A DNA stretch of 64,000 nt from Burkholderiaceae bacterium (GCA_018261755.1 JAGTRJ010000029.1:1009-65008); one strand, 5' to 3'. Counted from the stretch's first letter, positions 29,741-42,883 are shown. A program made the numbers and translations. Notes: a model not told the origin generated them from the letters alone.

Positions 29741-30442
29741 ATGCCAGCCGACCGATCCGAAAACGAAGATCTTGAATTCCACACCCTTGGCGACGAGGAC
29801 AACCGGGCTATTGTCTTCATCAAGGAATTGACCGAACGCGACCGCCCGTTCCTGCTGAACCATTTCAAGGCGCTGGATGCGAGCGACCGCTATCTGCGCT
29901 TTGGCAGCGCGCTGACCGACGAAGCGGTGGCGCGTTATGTCGACAGCATCGACTTCACCCGCGATACGATGTTCGGCGTGTTTGAAAGCACGCTCAACAT
30001 TGTCGGCGTCGGCCATCTGTCGCTGGCGCAGCCGGAAGCGTTGCCGGTGCTGACCGGCTGCGAACGGCGCGAAAGCATCGCCGAATTCGGCGTTTCGGTG
30101 CTGGCGCCGGCGCGGCGGCTGAATGTCGGCACCAAGTTGTTCGAACGCGCGGTGGTGCACTGCCGCAACAGGAATATCGACACGATGTACATCCATTGCC
30201 TGGCATCGAACAAGCCGATGCTGTGCATTGCGAAAAAGGCCGGGATGGAAATCCACCGCGACCACGGCGAAGTGGATGGCTACCTGAAACTGCCGCTGGG
30301 CGACCGGGACAGCCGCCGGCACGAAGCGGTCGAAGAACAGGCGGCGACGCTGAACTACATCCTCGGCTGCAAATTCAAAGGCTCGATCGACTGGCTGCGC
30401 AAGCTGTTCAATCCCGACGCCAACGGCAAGCCGAAGGCGTGA
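29741..30442 (+). CDS. GNAT family N-acetyltransferase
   Basis: The ORF is 29711..30442, with an ATG at 29741. The GNAT-like core reads AEFGVSVLAPARRLNVGTKLFERAVVHCRNRNIDTMYIHCLASNKPMLCIAKKAGM. Confidence 0.7.
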   Translation: MPADRSENEDLEFHTLGDEDNRAIVFIKELTERDRPFLLNHFKALDASDRYLRFGSALTDEAVARYVDSIDFTRDTMFGVFESTLNIVGVGHLSLAQPEALPVLTGCERRESIAEFGVSVLAPARRLNVGTKLFERAVVHCRNRNIDTMYIHCLASNKPMLCIAKKAGMEIHRDHGEVDGYLKLPLGDRDSRRHEAVEEQAATLNYILGCKFKGSIDWLRKLFNPDANGKPKA

Positions 30443-30477
30443 TGCGCCCAGCCTGAGCCGGGGCGGCGCAATCCCGC

Positions 30478-30550
30478 ACGAAAATACCGCCAAGGGTATT
30501 TAAAATCCGCGAAATGTATCGCGCGGAGGGTGCTTTCTCGCAGATCCCCC
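30478..30550 (+). repeat. Possible degenerate copy of the dispersed element (R7), upstream of the giant exoprotein gene
   Basis: CGAAAATACCGCCAAGGGTATTTAAAATCCGCG...GCAGATCCCCC. It has a weak core palindrome ATACC..GGTAT and a CCCC end. Confidence 0.3.
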
Positions 30551-30831
30551 AAGGATTTCATCTCAATCGCCACTGATGCTGGCTGCGCCGGGTGTTATCT
30601 CGGACGGCGGTGGCATGAACATTGCACTCATACATAATGGCTGTTTGTTGCCGACCCCAAAGTCAAATATCTGACCCGATTCCAGTAAAAGTCATTAACG
30701 CCGGTCTTTGCGTCGTCTTTTTCGGCCAAATGTAACCGGGTGGTGACAAAACAGGCGTAAAATCACAGCCGAATTGCTTGCGAGTAACGTTCAAAACATT
30801 TTAATTCTGAGGTAAACCACCTCCAGCCATC

Positions 30832-33800
30832 ATGTCCATTTGCACGCCAGCGGGCTCCGCGCCCAATTCTGTCATCTTCATCGATAGCGCCGTTTCTGAC
30901 TTCAACACCCTGATCACAGCGCTTCCTGCCGGCAGCGAATATGTTTTGCTCAATTCTGACAGCGACGGCTTCGCGCAGATGGCGGCTTATCTGCAGGGCA
31001 GAACCGGCCTCGATTCGGTGCAATTGCTGTCGCATGGTGCATCCGGGCTGGTGCAGGCGGGCAGCAGCACGCTGACGGCAGACAACATCGCCAGCCACAG
31101 CGCGCAACTAACGGCGATTGGTGCTGCGCTGAAAGACAGCGGCGATTTCCTGATCTACGGCTGCAACGTGGCCCAAGGCGCGGCCGGCGAAGCGCTGGTG
31201 CAGCAGATTGCCAGCATCACGCAGGCCGATGTGGCGGCGTCGACCGATCTGACCGGAAATGCAGCGATGGGTGGGGATTGGGTGCTGGAAGCTACCACAG
31301 GCACGGTCGAGACGGTTCTACCTTTGTCTCTAGATGTTATGCAGTCATATCAGCAAGTGCTGGCAACTTTTGATCTGACTGGCGCGACAAGTAACGGCTC
31401 GAAAACCGTAAAACAAACTGTCGGTTCCGATGAGATTGTTCTGACGGCAAAAAGCATGGATTGGGTTTTGGGAGATGCTTCTCTTATCACATACAATGAC
31501 CAATATCTGGCCGGCACGATTGCAGGCCCAGCAGGTTCTGGCGCAGAGTCAGAGATAACAATTACTGTAACCGGCGGAAAGCTTTTTAACTTGTCGTCGC
31601 TGGCAATATTCGATACCGATGGTAGTCATCAAACCTTGGTAATTACGTCTGATAAAGGTCAAGTTACATACAATCGAGAAGTATCAGAAACAGGTTATGC
31701 ATGGTCAGTCACAACAACGGATCAGAACGCACAAGGCGTGAGCTGGGTAAAGCTGACAACGAGTGATTCATCATCTTTCAATTGGTATTTCGATAATGTT
31801 GTCCTGAACAACATCCAGTCGCCACCTACCGTTAGCGCGTCTTCCCCCGACTCAGTGTGGGACACGGCAGCCGCCGACACCTTCGCCAATGTGAATGGCA
31901 CGCTGACGGCAACCATTTCCGCCATCACCAATAGTCCCATCAGCGCCTACGGCATTGTCGGCGGAACAAGCGGGACTTACAGCATTGACGATGTGACTTA
32001 CGACGTCTCCAAAACCAGCGCCTACGGCACTTTGTACGTCAACAGCCAGACCGGCGCTTACGTCTATGACCCCGACGACGCAGCGATCAACGCGCTCGGG
32101 CTTTTCTACAGTGGTGGTGGCGCCACGAGAAGTGATATTTTCAAAGTCACGGCCACGGACAACGTTAATGCCACCGGCCAGACCGATCTGTGGGTTTCCC
32201 TCAACGGCGCCAACGACACGCCGATCTTCACCTCCGCCGCCACGGCCACCGTGACCGAGAATACGACCGGCACCGTTTACACCACCACCGCCACCGATTG
32301 CGACCGTGAGCACTCCCTTAGTACGAAGGTTTATAGCACCCAGGCGCTCGCATACAGCCTCTCCGGCGGCGCCGATAAAGATCTGTTCAGCATCGACGCC
32401 AGCACCGGCGCGGTAACCTTCAAAGCAGCACCCGATTTCGAAGCCCCGACTGACAGCAACCACGATAACGTGTACGACATCACTGTCACCGTCACCGTCA
32501 CCAACAGCGGTACTGGAGGCGAGAAAACGATAGATACCGCCTCCAAGGACGTGCAGATCACCGTCACCAACGGCAGCGACTATGTGCCGGTCATCAGCAA
32601 TACCTCGGTGAGCAAAACCTTCAATGAGGATAGCGCCCAAACCTTTACGGCTTCGGACTTCGGTTTCAGCGATGTGGACAGCGGCGACATATTGCAATCC
32701 ATTACTATCGTCACCGCGCCGGGCGCTGGTGAGCTGTTTATTGATGCCAACGGCGACGGTGTGCGCGGCGCCGGCGATACATTGCTTGGCAACGGGGCGG
32801 TAGTCAACGCGGCCGATATCGGCAAATTGACCTTCCGCCCGACAGCGAATGCCAACGGCACGGGTTATGCCTCCTTTACCTGGAAGGTCAGCGACGGCAC
32901 GGCGTTGTCCGCCAACACGGGCAGCATGACGCTGAATGTTACGCCGGTTAACGATGCGCCAACGTTGTCCAGCGGCGTGACCGTCGCACTGACTCCGACC
33001 AACGAAGATGCGACGTCGTCCGCCACCACTGTGTCGTCGTTGCTCAGCAACGCGGGCTATGACGATGCAGACAGCGGGGCGTCCAGCGGCATTGCTATTA
33101 CCACGACGGCAGGGAATGGCGGCTGGCAATACTCCACCGACAGCGGGGCCAACTGGTTCAATATCGGTACGGTATCTGGTTCATCGGCACTGCTGCTTCG
33201 TTCGACGGCGCAGATTCGCTATTTGCCGGACAGCGCCAATGGCGAAACCGCAACCCTGAGTTTCAAAGCGTGGGATCAAAACAGCGGTACGGCAACAGCG
33301 GGCGCCAGCAAGGGCCTGGCGGATACGTCGACGTCTGGCGGCAGCAGCGCGTTCTCGACTAATGGCGCCCAGGCGTCGCTGGTGGTGACCAGTGTGAATG
33401 ATGCGCCCACTGTGGTTAATTCGGTCAGTGCTCAAAGCGCAACCAAAGACACGGCGTTCAGTTTCACGGTGCCGGCCAATACGTTTGTTGACGTAGACAG
33501 CAGTGATACGCTAACGCTAAGCGCAACGCGGGCAGATGGTTCCGCGCTCCCAGTGTGGTTGAGTTTTAACTCGGCAACCCGCACGTTCTCAGGCACGCCG
33601 GGCAGTGGCGATGTAGGCAGCCTGAACATCCGGATAACCGCGACCGACGGCAGCAATGCCTCGGTCAGCACCACCTTCGGGTTGACGACCAACAACAGTA
33701 ATCTTTCGCCAGTTGTTTCCAGTCCGGTGACCGATCAGAGCATCTCGCAAAACGGCAGCCTCAGTTTTACCGTTCCGGCAGGCGCCTTTACCGACCCCGA

Positions 33801-36240
33801 TGCTGGCGACACGCTGACGCTAAGTGCAACGCTGGCAAATGGTTCGGCGCTGCCGGGCTGGCTCAGCTTCAACCCGGCAACCCGCACGTTCTCAGGCACG
33901 CCGGGCAACAGCGATGTAGGCAACCTGACCATCCGGCTGACGGCGACCGACAGCCATAACGCGTTGGTCAGCACCACCTTCGGGCTTGTTGTCACCAACG
34001 TCAACGATGCGCCTGTTGTGAGCGGTGCTCTGGCAGCCCAGACAGCCACACAAAATGACGGTTTCAGTTTTGCCGTACCGGCCAACACCTTTACCGACCC
34101 CGATGCCGGCGACACGCTGACGCTAAGTGCAACGCGGGCGGATGGCTCGGCGCTGCCGGGCTGGCTGAGCTTCAACCCGTCAACCCGCTCGTTCTCAGGC
34201 ATACCCGGCAATGGCGATGCGGGCAACCTGCTCATACGGCTGACGGCGACCGACGGCAGCAATGCCTCGGTCAGCATCACCTTCGGGCTTGTTGTCGCCG
34301 CAAGTGGCGGTGGTGACACACAGGTAACGCCACCGACACCGACCAGCACCACCATCGACGGCGCGCTGGTGCAGCAGACCACGACCACCAACAGCCAGAC
34401 GGGTGTTCCGCAAACCATCATCACGGTGCCGACCATCACAGCCGGCCGGGTGGACGACCCGACCACCGCGCACACCGCGCAGGCCGACATCCCGCTTGGC
34501 CCGACCGGCAGCAGTTCATCGATCCTGGTCGGCTTGTCGACCGGCTGCGGCCTGCAAGCCGTCAGCCCGACAGTGGCGCTCACGTCAGGCCAGACGATCA
34601 CCACGCTAGGCGGCGCCATCGGCCAGATAGCCGGCGTGCTGGGAGGGACAGATCTCTTTGGGGGAATGCAAGGCTACTTTGGCGGCACAGGTGGCACGGG
34701 CGGGGCGTTTGCTGCAGGCGTCCTCGCACTCACCGGCGGCACCGGCAGTGGCGGCGCGGGTTCGAGCATCACCCTCACGGGCTCAAGCGGCACAGCGCTG
34801 GTGCTCGACACCCTGCAACTGGGCAGCAGCACCTCGATTGTGCTCAACAATGTCGGCTTTGCCGCCATCATCGGTAACGCCACGCTCACCGGCGGCGCCG
34901 GCCAGAACTACGTCATCGGTGACGGCCACTCGCAAAACTTCTACCTCGGCGCCGACGACGATAGCCTGTTCGGCGGCGCCGGCAACGACATCATCGGCAG
35001 CGCCGGCGGCAACGACTATCTCGACGGCGGCGCGGACAACGACATCGTGTACGGCGGCATCGGCAACGACACCGTCATCGGTGGCGCTGGCGATGACATC
35101 CTGTTCGGCGGACGAAGCGACGCTGGCGTATGGCAGTTCTACCTCAAGGATGGACAGATCATTGCGCGGCACAATGCCGAGCTGACGCAAACCGGCTGGG
35201 AAACCTTCACCATTAGCGAACTCGACACCACCGTGGAGGCGCTTGGCTTCAGCGGCACCGACGCGGGACGGCTGGCCTCGCTGGCGTTGCTCTATCACGC
35301 CGCCTACGGGAGTGCGGCGATACTGGTGGAATTGAATCACTGGGCCCAGAGCGACTGGAGCATCGACAAAATCGCGCAGTGCTTCACGGAAACCACCCAG
35401 TGGAAATGGAAAATGGACGGATTGGACAATGAGACATTTGTGCAAACGCTCTACCAGACCGTGCTTGGCCGGGCAGGCGATAAGGCCGGGGCTGATTACT
35501 GGGTCGGGCAGCTTAGTGGCAGCGGCACCAGCCAGCTCGGCCGCGCCGACGTGCTGAAAGCCTTTGCCTTCTGCAGCGAACACCAAAGCGTCGCACAAAC
35601 TGCGAATGGACTAGAACTGGGAGAAACTGAACTCCAGCGCGAACAGGGCTGGATCATCAACAGTGGCAATGACACCCTGAAAGGTGGCGCCGGCAACGAC
35701 ATCATCTACGGCGGAGACGGAATCGACACGGTGCAATACGACGGCAAGTTTTCAAGCTACAAGATACTGCTGGGCGACTATGGCCGCATCAAGATAGTCG
35801 ACACGGCCACGGGCGACATCGACACCATCAGCGGCATCGAATACGGCGCATTTGCCGATGGCACGATCGATCTGAGCTTTACGCAAACATCCGTCAGCAC
35901 GCTGCAAAATATCGGGTTGCTGTACCAGATCGCGCTGGGACGCGCGGGCGACCTGGCAGGCGTGGCGTACTGGTCTGGGCAGAGTATCACCGCGGAGCAG
36001 ATGAGCGCATGCTTTGTTAACTCGGCCGAATTCAAAGAGCTCTACGGGTCGTTAAGCGACATTGATTGCGTGGCGGCGATGTACCAGAATACCTTGCACC
36101 GTGCGCCGGATGCCGAGGGGTGGGCATACTGGGAAAATTACCTGCAATCGCATACCAAGGCGGAACTGGTGGCGAACTGGATCAATCAGCCGGAATTCAT
36201 CGGTAGCCAGTACGGCGCGGATGGGTTGTGGTTGGTGTAG
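30832..36240 (+). CDS. Giant (1802 aa) DUF4347 / VCBS / cadherin-like / RTX / DUF4214 repeat exoprotein; putative T1SS-secreted adhesin
   Basis: N-terminal DUF4347-like region: [20 protein letters not shown]...[12 protein letters not shown]...[14 protein letters not shown]-like region: [15 protein letters not shown]...DIFKVTATD...[10 protein letters not shown]. Cadherin-like modules end in VNDAPT. Three 101-aa He_PIG/dystroglycan-type repeats have the form [45 protein letters not shown] nonapeptides: [50 protein letters not shown]4214-like segments: [59 protein letters not shown]. Confidence 0.9.
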   Translation: MSICTPAGSAPNSVIFIDSAVSDFNTLITALPAGSEYVLLNSDSDGFAQMAAYLQGRTGLDSVQLLSHGASGLVQAGSSTLTADNIASHSAQLTAIGAALKDSGDFLIYGCNVAQGAAGEALVQQIASITQADVAASTDLTGNAAMGGDWVLEATTGTVETVLPLSLDVMQSYQQVLATFDLTGATSNGSKTVKQTVGSDEIVLTAKSMDWVLGDASLITYNDQYLAGTIAGPAGSGAESEITITVTGGKLFNLSSLAIFDTDGSHQTLVITSDKGQVTYNREVSETGYAWSVTTTDQNAQGVSWVKLTTSDSSSFNWYFDNVVLNNIQSPPTVSASSPDSVWDTAAADTFANVNGTLTATISAITNSPISAYGIVGGTSGTYSIDDVTYDVSKTSAYGTLYVNSQTGAYVYDPDDAAINALGLFYSGGGATRSDIFKVTATDNVNATGQTDLWVSLNGANDTPIFTSAATATVTENTTGTVYTTTATDCDREHSLSTKVYSTQALAYSLSGGADKDLFSIDASTGAVTFKAAPDFEAPTDSNHDNVYDITVTVTVTNSGTGGEKTIDTASKDVQITVTNGSDYVPVISNTSVSKTFNEDSAQTFTASDFGFSDVDSGDILQSITIVTAPGAGELFIDANGDGVRGAGDTLLGNGAVVNAADIGKLTFRPTANANGTGYASFTWKVSDGTALSANTGSMTLNVTPVNDAPTLSSGVTVALTPTNEDATSSATTVSSLLSNAGYDDADSGASSGIAITTTAGNGGWQYSTDSGANWFNIGTVSGSSALLLRSTAQIRYLPDSANGETATLSFKAWDQNSGTATAGASKGLADTSTSGGSSAFSTNGAQASLVVTSVNDAPTVVNSVSAQSATKDTAFSFTVPANTFVDVDSSDTLTLSATRADGSALPVWLSFNSATRTFSGTPGSGDVGSLNIRITATDGSNASVSTTFGLTTNNSNLSPVVSSPVTDQSISQNGSLSFTVPAGAFTDPDAGDTLTLSATLANGSALPGWLSFNPATRTFSGTPGNSDVGNLTIRLTATDSHNALVSTTFGLVVTNVNDAPVVSGALAAQTATQNDGFSFAVPANTFTDPDAGDTLTLSATRADGSALPGWLSFNPSTRSFSGIPGNGDAGNLLIRLTATDGSNASVSITFGLVVAASGGGDTQVTPPTPTSTTIDGALVQQTTTTNSQTGVPQTIITVPTITAGRVDDPTTAHTAQADIPLGPTGSSSSILVGLSTGCGLQAVSPTVALTSGQTITTLGGAIGQIAGVLGGTDLFGGMQGYFGGTGGTGGAFAAGVLALTGGTGSGGAGSSITLTGSSGTALVLDTLQLGSSTSIVLNNVGFAAIIGNATLTGGAGQNYVIGDGHSQNFYLGADDDSLFGGAGNDIIGSAGGNDYLDGGADNDIVYGGIGNDTVIGGAGDDILFGGRSDAGVWQFYLKDGQIIARHNAELTQTGWETFTISELDTTVEALGFSGTDAGRLASLALLYHAAYGSAAILVELNHWAQSDWSIDKIAQCFTETTQWKWKMDGLDNETFVQTLYQTVLGRAGDKAGADYWVGQLSGSGTSQLGRADVLKAFAFCSEHQSVAQTANGLELGETELQREQGWIINSGNDTLKGGAGNDIIYGGDGIDTVQYDGKFSSYKILLGDYGRIKIVDTATGDIDTISGIEYGAFADGTIDLSFTQTSVSTLQNIGLLYQIALGRAGDLAGVAYWSGQSITAEQMSACFVNSAEFKELYGSLSDIDCVAAMYQNTLHRAPDAEGWAYWENYLQSHTKAELVANWINQPEFIGSQYGADGLWLV
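33418..34326 (+). repeat. Three tandem 303-bp (101-codon) repeats inside the giant exoprotein gene
   Basis: The landmark GA(Y)ACGCT(R)ACGCTAAG(Y)GCAACGC recurs at 33505, 33808 and 34111, exactly 303 nt apart. Units 2 and 3 are nearly identical over long stretches. Confidence 0.9.
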
Positions 36241-36359
36241 GCCAAAATAACTGACCGAGATGACTTTGTGGTCAATAAGGCTGAAAAATATACTCTGGGC
36301 AGTATCCAAAAACAGCCAGTAAAAATGTGGCCCAGCGTAGTGTTTTGGCTATATACCCC
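36240..36359 (+). repeat. Full-length copy of the dispersed element (R8), used here as the reference orientation
   Basis: GGCCAAAATAACTGACCGAGATGACTTTGTGGTCAATAAGGCTGAAAAATATACTCTGGGCAGTATCCAAAAACAGCCAGTAAAAATGTGGCCCAGCGTAGTGTTTTGGCTATATACCCC. It starts at the last base of the giant gene's stop codon and ends one base before the nudB stop codon. Confidence 0.88.
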
Positions 36360-36360
36360 G

Positions 36361-36834
36361 TCAAATTCGCTGCGGCAGTTGCAGGATGGCTTCCGCGTTG
36401 GACGATGAAAAGCAGCGGTCGGCTGCTTCGCGGTATGGCAGCCACGCGTATTGCAGATGCTCGCGCGGCGCCAGCACTATCGGTATCTCGCGCGGCACCA
36501 AGAGGCCAAACACATGCTCGGTATTGTGCGTCACGCCCGGCGGGTAGCGGTGGCGCCAGTTGGGGTAGATTTCGTAGATGTTGGCCAGTTGCCAGTCGCG
36601 CAGGTTTGCCAGCGGCACTTCGCTCGCCGCCAGCGGCGCGCGCTCGACCACCGCAATGCCGGTTTCTTCCCGCACTTCGCGCTGAGCGGTTTCGATCAGC
36701 GGTTCATCGACACGATCCTTCGAGCCGGTGACCGATTGCCAGAAGCCGGGCTTGTCGGCGCGTTCGATCAGCAGCACCTCCATCTCGGCGGTGTGAATCA
36801 CCACCAGAATCGATTCGGGAATTTTGTGGCCCAT
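36361..36834 (-). CDS. nudB: NUDIX hydrolase (dihydroneopterin triphosphate diphosphatase-like)
   Basis: The ORF is 36361..36852, with the likely start at ATG 36834 (MGHKIPESILVVI). The Nudix box is GSKDRVDEPLIETAQREVREETGI. It lies downstream of aspS, as in many proteobacteria. Confidence 0.82.
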   Translation of the reverse strand: MGHKIPESILVVIHTAEMEVLLIERADKPGFWQSVTGSKDRVDEPLIETAQREVREETGIAVVERAPLAASEVPLANLRDWQLANIYEIYPNWRHRYPPGVTHNTEHVFGLLVPREIPIVLAPREHLQYAWLPYREAADRCFSSSNAEAILQLPQRI

Positions 36835-36854
36835 TTTGGTTGCATGTAACAAAA

Positions 36855-36879
36855 AAGGAGCGGCAAATGCCGCTCCTTT
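36855..36879 (-). terminator. Rho-independent terminator-like hairpin downstream of aspS
   Basis: Minus-strand AAGGAGCGGC-atttgcc-GCTCCTT followed by a T-run (TTTTTGTTAC). Confidence 0.55.
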
Positions 36880-36900
36880 GATTTTACCGCTGAATGCCGC

Positions 36901-38718
<1,818 letters not shown>

Positions 38719-38782
38719 GTCTGTTACCTGTGTGAGATTCGGTGTTGCTTGTGTTGTGAAGATTGCAAAAACGGGAGGCGCG

Positions 38783-39370
38783 TCAGGATGGCGCGACCAC
38801 CCCCATCGAAATAATATACTTCAGCGCTTCGTCGACCGACATTTCCAGTTCAATCACGTCGGAACGGCGCAGCATCAAAAAGAAACCGGAGGTCGGGTTC
38901 GGCGTGGTCGGCACGTAAATGCTGACGTAATCGCCCGGCAGATGGTTGCGCACATCGCCGCCGGGCGCGCCGGTGATGAAGGCGATGGTCCACAGCCCTT
39001 CGCGCGGGTACTGCACCAGCACCGCCTGCCGGAAGGCGTTGCCGGACGATGAAAACAGCGTATCCGATACCTGCTTGACGCCGAAATAGAGCGAATTGAC
39101 CAGCGGAATTCGCTTCAGCAGCGCTTCCCACGCTTCATGCAGATATTTGCCGACGAAATTGCGCACCAGCAGGCCGGTGATGAAGATCACCGCCACCGTC
39201 AGCAAGGTGCCGGAACCGGGGATATGGAAACCGACCAGCGAATCCGGGCGCCAGGCCTTGGGCAGCAGCAGGAGCGAGTTGTCCATCGTGGCGATCACGA
39301 GGTGCAGCACCCATAGCGTGATCGCCAGCGGGATCAATACCAGCAGGCCGGTGACGAAATATTTCCGCAT
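38783..39370 (-). CDS. DUF502 domain membrane protein
   Basis: The ORF is 38783..39478, with the likely start at ATG 39370 ([22 protein letters not shown]). It has IPLVNSLY and [10 protein letters not shown] motifs. Confidence 0.8.
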   Translation of the reverse strand: MRKYFVTGLLVLIPLAITLWVLHLVIATMDNSLLLLPKAWRPDSLVGFHIPGSGTLLTVAVIFITGLLVRNFVGKYLHEAWEALLKRIPLVNSLYFGVKQVSDTLFSSSGNAFRQAVLVQYPREGLWTIAFITGAPGGDVRNHLPGDYVSIYVPTTPNPTSGFFLMLRRSDVIELEMSVDEALKYIISMGVVAPS

Positions 39371-39395
39371 GCGCGCAGCCACGGCAGTCAATGCT

Positions 39396-39614
39396 TCAAC
39401 CGCAGGGGCCGCCCATGCAGCTGCCGCCGAATGCGCATGGCGGCAGGCCGGCAGGAGCGCCGCTGCCTTCGCCGGCAATCGCAGGCGCGGACAATTGTTT
39501 TTTGAAGGCGGACTTGCCGCAGGACGGACATTCCGTCAGCAGCGGGTCGGAAAGTTTTTGCAGCACATCCTGCGCAAAACCGCATTCTTCGCAGCGATAG
39601 GAATAAATGGGCAT
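39396..39614 (-). CDS. FmdB family zinc-ribbon protein
   Basis: The ORF is 39396..39638, with the likely start at ATG 39614, giving MPIYSYRCEECGFAQDVLQKLSDPLLTECPSCG (CxxC...CxxC). Confidence 0.8.
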   Translation of the reverse strand: MPIYSYRCEECGFAQDVLQKLSDPLLTECPSCGKSAFKKQLSAPAIAGEGSGAPAGLPPCAFGGSCMGGPCG

Positions 39615-39740
39615 GGTGATTTCCGGAAAAACGTGCAAAACGTTGGATTATAAAGGGTTTCCGGCCATTATTGCGCATATTGCGCTGCCAGCAAAGAATG
39701 ACGCGGTGCCGGCGGCGAATCGCTGCGCCGGCACGCCGAT

Positions 39741-41174
39741 TCAGCCGACTGCGGCTTCTTCCGCCTGCGGCTGCGGGTTCCCCAGCAGCGAAAAGACCAG
39801 CATGCCGGCCAGGCTCATCAGTACACCGACCAGTTGTGGCGGCCAGTAGCCGTCCGGCGCAAAGACTTCCAGCAATATCCACGAGGTCAGCCCGAGCACG
39901 ATTGACGCCAGCGCGCCATTGCCGGTGGCGCGCTTCCAGAACAGGCCGAAGACCAGCGGCACGAACGCCGCCACCAGCGTGACCTTGTATGCGTTTTCGA
40001 CCATCTGGAAAATGCTGGAGGCGGAATTGAGCGCGAACAGCGTTACCATCGCGGTGAAAATCAGCACCACCGCGCGCATCATGAACAGCATTTGCCGGTC
40101 GCTCTGGTTCGGCAGCAATTCCTTCATGATGTTTTCCGAGAAGGTGACCGACGGTGCCAACAGGGTTGCGCTGGCGCAGCTCTTGATGGCCGACAGCAGC
40201 GCGCCAAAGAACATCACCTGCGCGAACACCGGCATCTTGGTCATGATCAGCGTCGGCAGGATTAGTTGCGGGTCCTTGCCGATCAGGCTTTCGACCATCG
40301 CCGGATCGATCATCGTGGCTGAATAGGCGAGGAACATCGGCACGAACGCGAACAGGAAATACAGCGCGCCGCCAAGCACCGACCCGTTCTGCGCGATCTT
40401 TTCATTGGCGGATGACGCCACGCGCTGGAACACGTCCTGTTGCGGAATCGAGCCAAGCATCATCGTGATCCAGGCGGCGAAGAACCACAGCACTTCCCTG
40501 CCGGTGGGCTCCGGCCAAAAATGCAGTTTGCCGGCGTTCGATGCATGTTCGATCACCGCGCTGGCGCCGCCGACCATGCCGGACACTTCCCAGCCGATGT
40601 ACAGCATGCCGACGATGATGATGATCATCTGCAGGAAGTCGGTGATCGCGACCGACCACATGCCGCCCATCAGGGTATAGATCAGGATGCTGGCGGCGCC
40701 GATCAGCATCCCCATCTCGGTCGAGATGAAGCCGCCGGACACGACGTTGAACACCAGCCCGAGCGCCTTGATCTGTGCCGCGACCCAGCCGAGATACGAC
40801 ACCACGATGCACAGCGTGACCAGCACCTCGACCTTGCGCCCGAAACGGTTGCGGTAATAGTCGCCAATCGTCAGCAGGTTCATCCGGTACAGCTTTTTGG
40901 CGAAGAACAGGCCGACCAGAATCAGGCACATCGACGAACCGAACGGATCGGACACCACGCCCTTCAGCCCTTCTTTCAGGAACGTGGCCGGAATACCGAG
41001 CACCGCTTCCGAGCCGAACCAGGTGGCGAATACGGTCGCGGTCACGACCGACATCGGCAAGGCGCGACCGGCAACGGCGAAATCCTTCGAGTTGTTCACG
41101 TAGCGCGCGGCGTAAATGCCGATGCCGACGGAGATCACCCAATAGAGTATGACGAACCAGATCAGCGCATTCAT
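39741..41174 (-). CDS. Sodium:solute symporter (SSS) family transporter
   Basis: 477-aa polytopic ORF. N-terminal NSKDFAVAGRALP and FATWFGSEAVLGIPA are typical of the SSS family. Confidence 0.82.
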   Translation of the reverse strand: MNALIWFVILYWVISVGIGIYAARYVNNSKDFAVAGRALPMSVVTATVFATWFGSEAVLGIPATFLKEGLKGVVSDPFGSSMCLILVGLFFAKKLYRMNLLTIGDYYRNRFGRKVEVLVTLCIVVSYLGWVAAQIKALGLVFNVVSGGFISTEMGMLIGAASILIYTLMGGMWSVAITDFLQMIIIIVGMLYIGWEVSGMVGGASAVIEHASNAGKLHFWPEPTGREVLWFFAAWITMMLGSIPQQDVFQRVASSANEKIAQNGSVLGGALYFLFAFVPMFLAYSATMIDPAMVESLIGKDPQLILPTLIMTKMPVFAQVMFFGALLSAIKSCASATLLAPSVTFSENIMKELLPNQSDRQMLFMMRAVVLIFTAMVTLFALNSASSIFQMVENAYKVTLVAAFVPLVFGLFWKRATGNGALASIVLGLTSWILLEVFAPDGYWPPQLVGVLMSLAGMLVFSLLGNPQPQAEEAAVG

Positions 41175-41317
41175 TATTCGGGTCAGGGAATAGGAACGGG
41201 TAAAAAATGGCGCATTATAACGGCAAGGCGATGATTTTCAACGAAATGTTGGCAAGTGTATGAATTACGCACAGATGCCCCATTTTGGCGCATCGAAACA
41301 GGGCAGTTCGCGTCAGT

Positions 41318-42883
41318 TCACAGCAGATGCGCGATGCTTGCTACCAGCCGTACTAGCAGGATTCCTGCCAGCAGGCCGCCGCCGAAATAGATGACCGCGC
41401 CGAGCCGGCGATTGATGCGTTTTTGCTCCGCTAGCAGCGTTTCGAGCTGCGCCTGATCGTTTGAGGCCGGACGGGCGAGGTTTTCCAGCGCCTGGTGCAG
41501 CAGGCGCGGCAATTGCGGCAGCATCTGGCTGTAACGCGGCGCTTCGGCCTTCAGCCGCTCCAGCAGCCCATGCCAGCCGACTTGCCGCTTCATCCAGTTT
41601 TCCAGATAGGGCTTGGCGGTTTTCCACAGGTCGAGCTCAGGATCGAGCTGGCGCCCGAGCCCTTCGATGTTGAACAGCGTCTTTTGCAGCAGCACCAGTT
41701 GCGGCTGGATTTCGATGTTGAACCGGCGCGAAGTCTGGAACAGCCGCAGCAGCACTTGCGCAAATGAAATGTCTTTCAGCGGCCGGTCGAAAATCGGTTC
41801 GCAGCACGCGCGCACCGCGCTTTCGAGTTCATCCACCCGGGTTTCCTTCGGCGCCCAGCCGGATTCGATATGCGCTTCGGCCACGCGCTTGTAGTCGCGG
41901 CGGAAGAAGGCGATGAAGTTTTGCGCCAGATAATCGCGGTCATAATCGTTCAGCATGCCGACGATGCCGAAATCGAGCGCGATGTAACGGCCGAAAGTGG
42001 CCGGTTCAACCGATATCAGGATGTTGCCGGGGTGCATGTCGGCGTGGAAGAAGCCGTCGCGGAAGACCTGCGTCAGGAAAATTTCGACTCCCTGGCGCGA
42101 TAGCTGGCTGACATCGACCCCGGCTGCGATCAGCCGCTCACGTTGCGAAATCGGGATGCCGCGCATCCACTCCATCACGATCACGGTCGGCGTGCAGTAA
42201 TCCCACATCATTTCTGGCACCAGCAGCAGTTCCGAGCCGGCGAAGTTGCGCCGCAACTGGCTGCCGTTGGCCGCTTCGCGCAGCAGGTCCAGCTCGTCGT
42301 GCAGCACGCGATCGAATTCGGCCAGCACTTCCTTCGGTTTCAGCCGCCGGCCATCGAGCCACCATTTTTCCAGCCAGCCGGCGGCAATCCGCATCAGCGC
42401 CAGATCTCCGTCAATCAGCTTTTCCATGCCGGGGCGCAGCACCTTGACCGCCACTTCGCGCCCATCTTTCAATACGGCGAAATGCACTTGCGCGATCGAG
42501 GCCGAGGCGATCGGCTCCGGGTCGAACTGCGCGAACAGTTTTTCCGGCGGCGCGCCCAGCGCCTTGGTGATTTGCGCGATCGCCAGTTGCGAATCGAACG
42601 GCGGCACCTGATCCTGCAATTTGGCCAGTTCGTCGGCGATATCGGCCGGCAGCAGGTCGCGGCGGGTGGACAGCGCCTGGCCGAACTTGACGAAAATCGG
42701 TCCCAGTTCTTCCAGCGCGCGCCGCAGCCGTTCGCCGCGTGACAGGTAGCCCGTATTGTCGAAATCGAGCGCGCGCAGTGCGCCCAGCGCGCATGCCGTA
42801 ACCATTCCCCGCGGAGCGAATTTGTCCAGTTCGTAGCGCAGCGCGATGCGCACGATTTTTATCAGACGGAACAGTTTTCGCAT
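41318..42883 (-). CDS. ubiB: Ubiquinone biosynthesis regulatory protein kinase UbiB
   Basis: The ORF is 41318..42943, with the likely start at ATG 42883 ([11 protein letters not shown]). ABC1/UbiB motifs: [27 protein letters not shown] and FHADMHPGN. It ends in a C-terminal TM segment. Confidence 0.92.
   Translation of the reverse strand: MRKLFRLIKIVRIALRYELDKFAPRGMVTACALGALRALDFDNTGYLSRGERLRRALEELGPIFVKFGQALSTRRDLLPADIADELAKLQDQVPPFDSQLAIAQITKALGAPPEKLFAQFDPEPIASASIAQVHFAVLKDGREVAVKVLRPGMEKLIDGDLALMRIAAGWLEKWWLDGRRLKPKEVLAEFDRVLHDELDLLREAANGSQLRRNFAGSELLLVPEMMWDYCTPTVIVMEWMRGIPISQRERLIAAGVDVSQLSRQGVEIFLTQVFRDGFFHADMHPGNILISVEPATFGRYIALDFGIVGMLNDYDRDYLAQNFIAFFRRDYKRVAEAHIESGWAPKETRVDELESAVRACCEPIFDRPLKDISFAQVLLRLFQTSRRFNIEIQPQLVLLQKTLFNIEGLGRQLDPELDLWKTAKPYLENWMKRQVGWHGLLERLKAEAPRYSQMLPQLPRLLHQALENLARPASNDQAQLETLLAEQKRINRRLGAVIYFGGGLLAGILLVRLVASIAHLL

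Noticed and set aside
36268-36330. Short peptide ORFs inside the dispersed element, for example MTLWSIRLKNILWAVSKNSQ in R8 and ...IRLKNILQAVFLNSQQK... in R1.
   Set aside because: The reading frame is not preserved among copies: R4 and R6 have stops or frame changes. The similarity is at the nucleotide level, so the element is not protein-coding.
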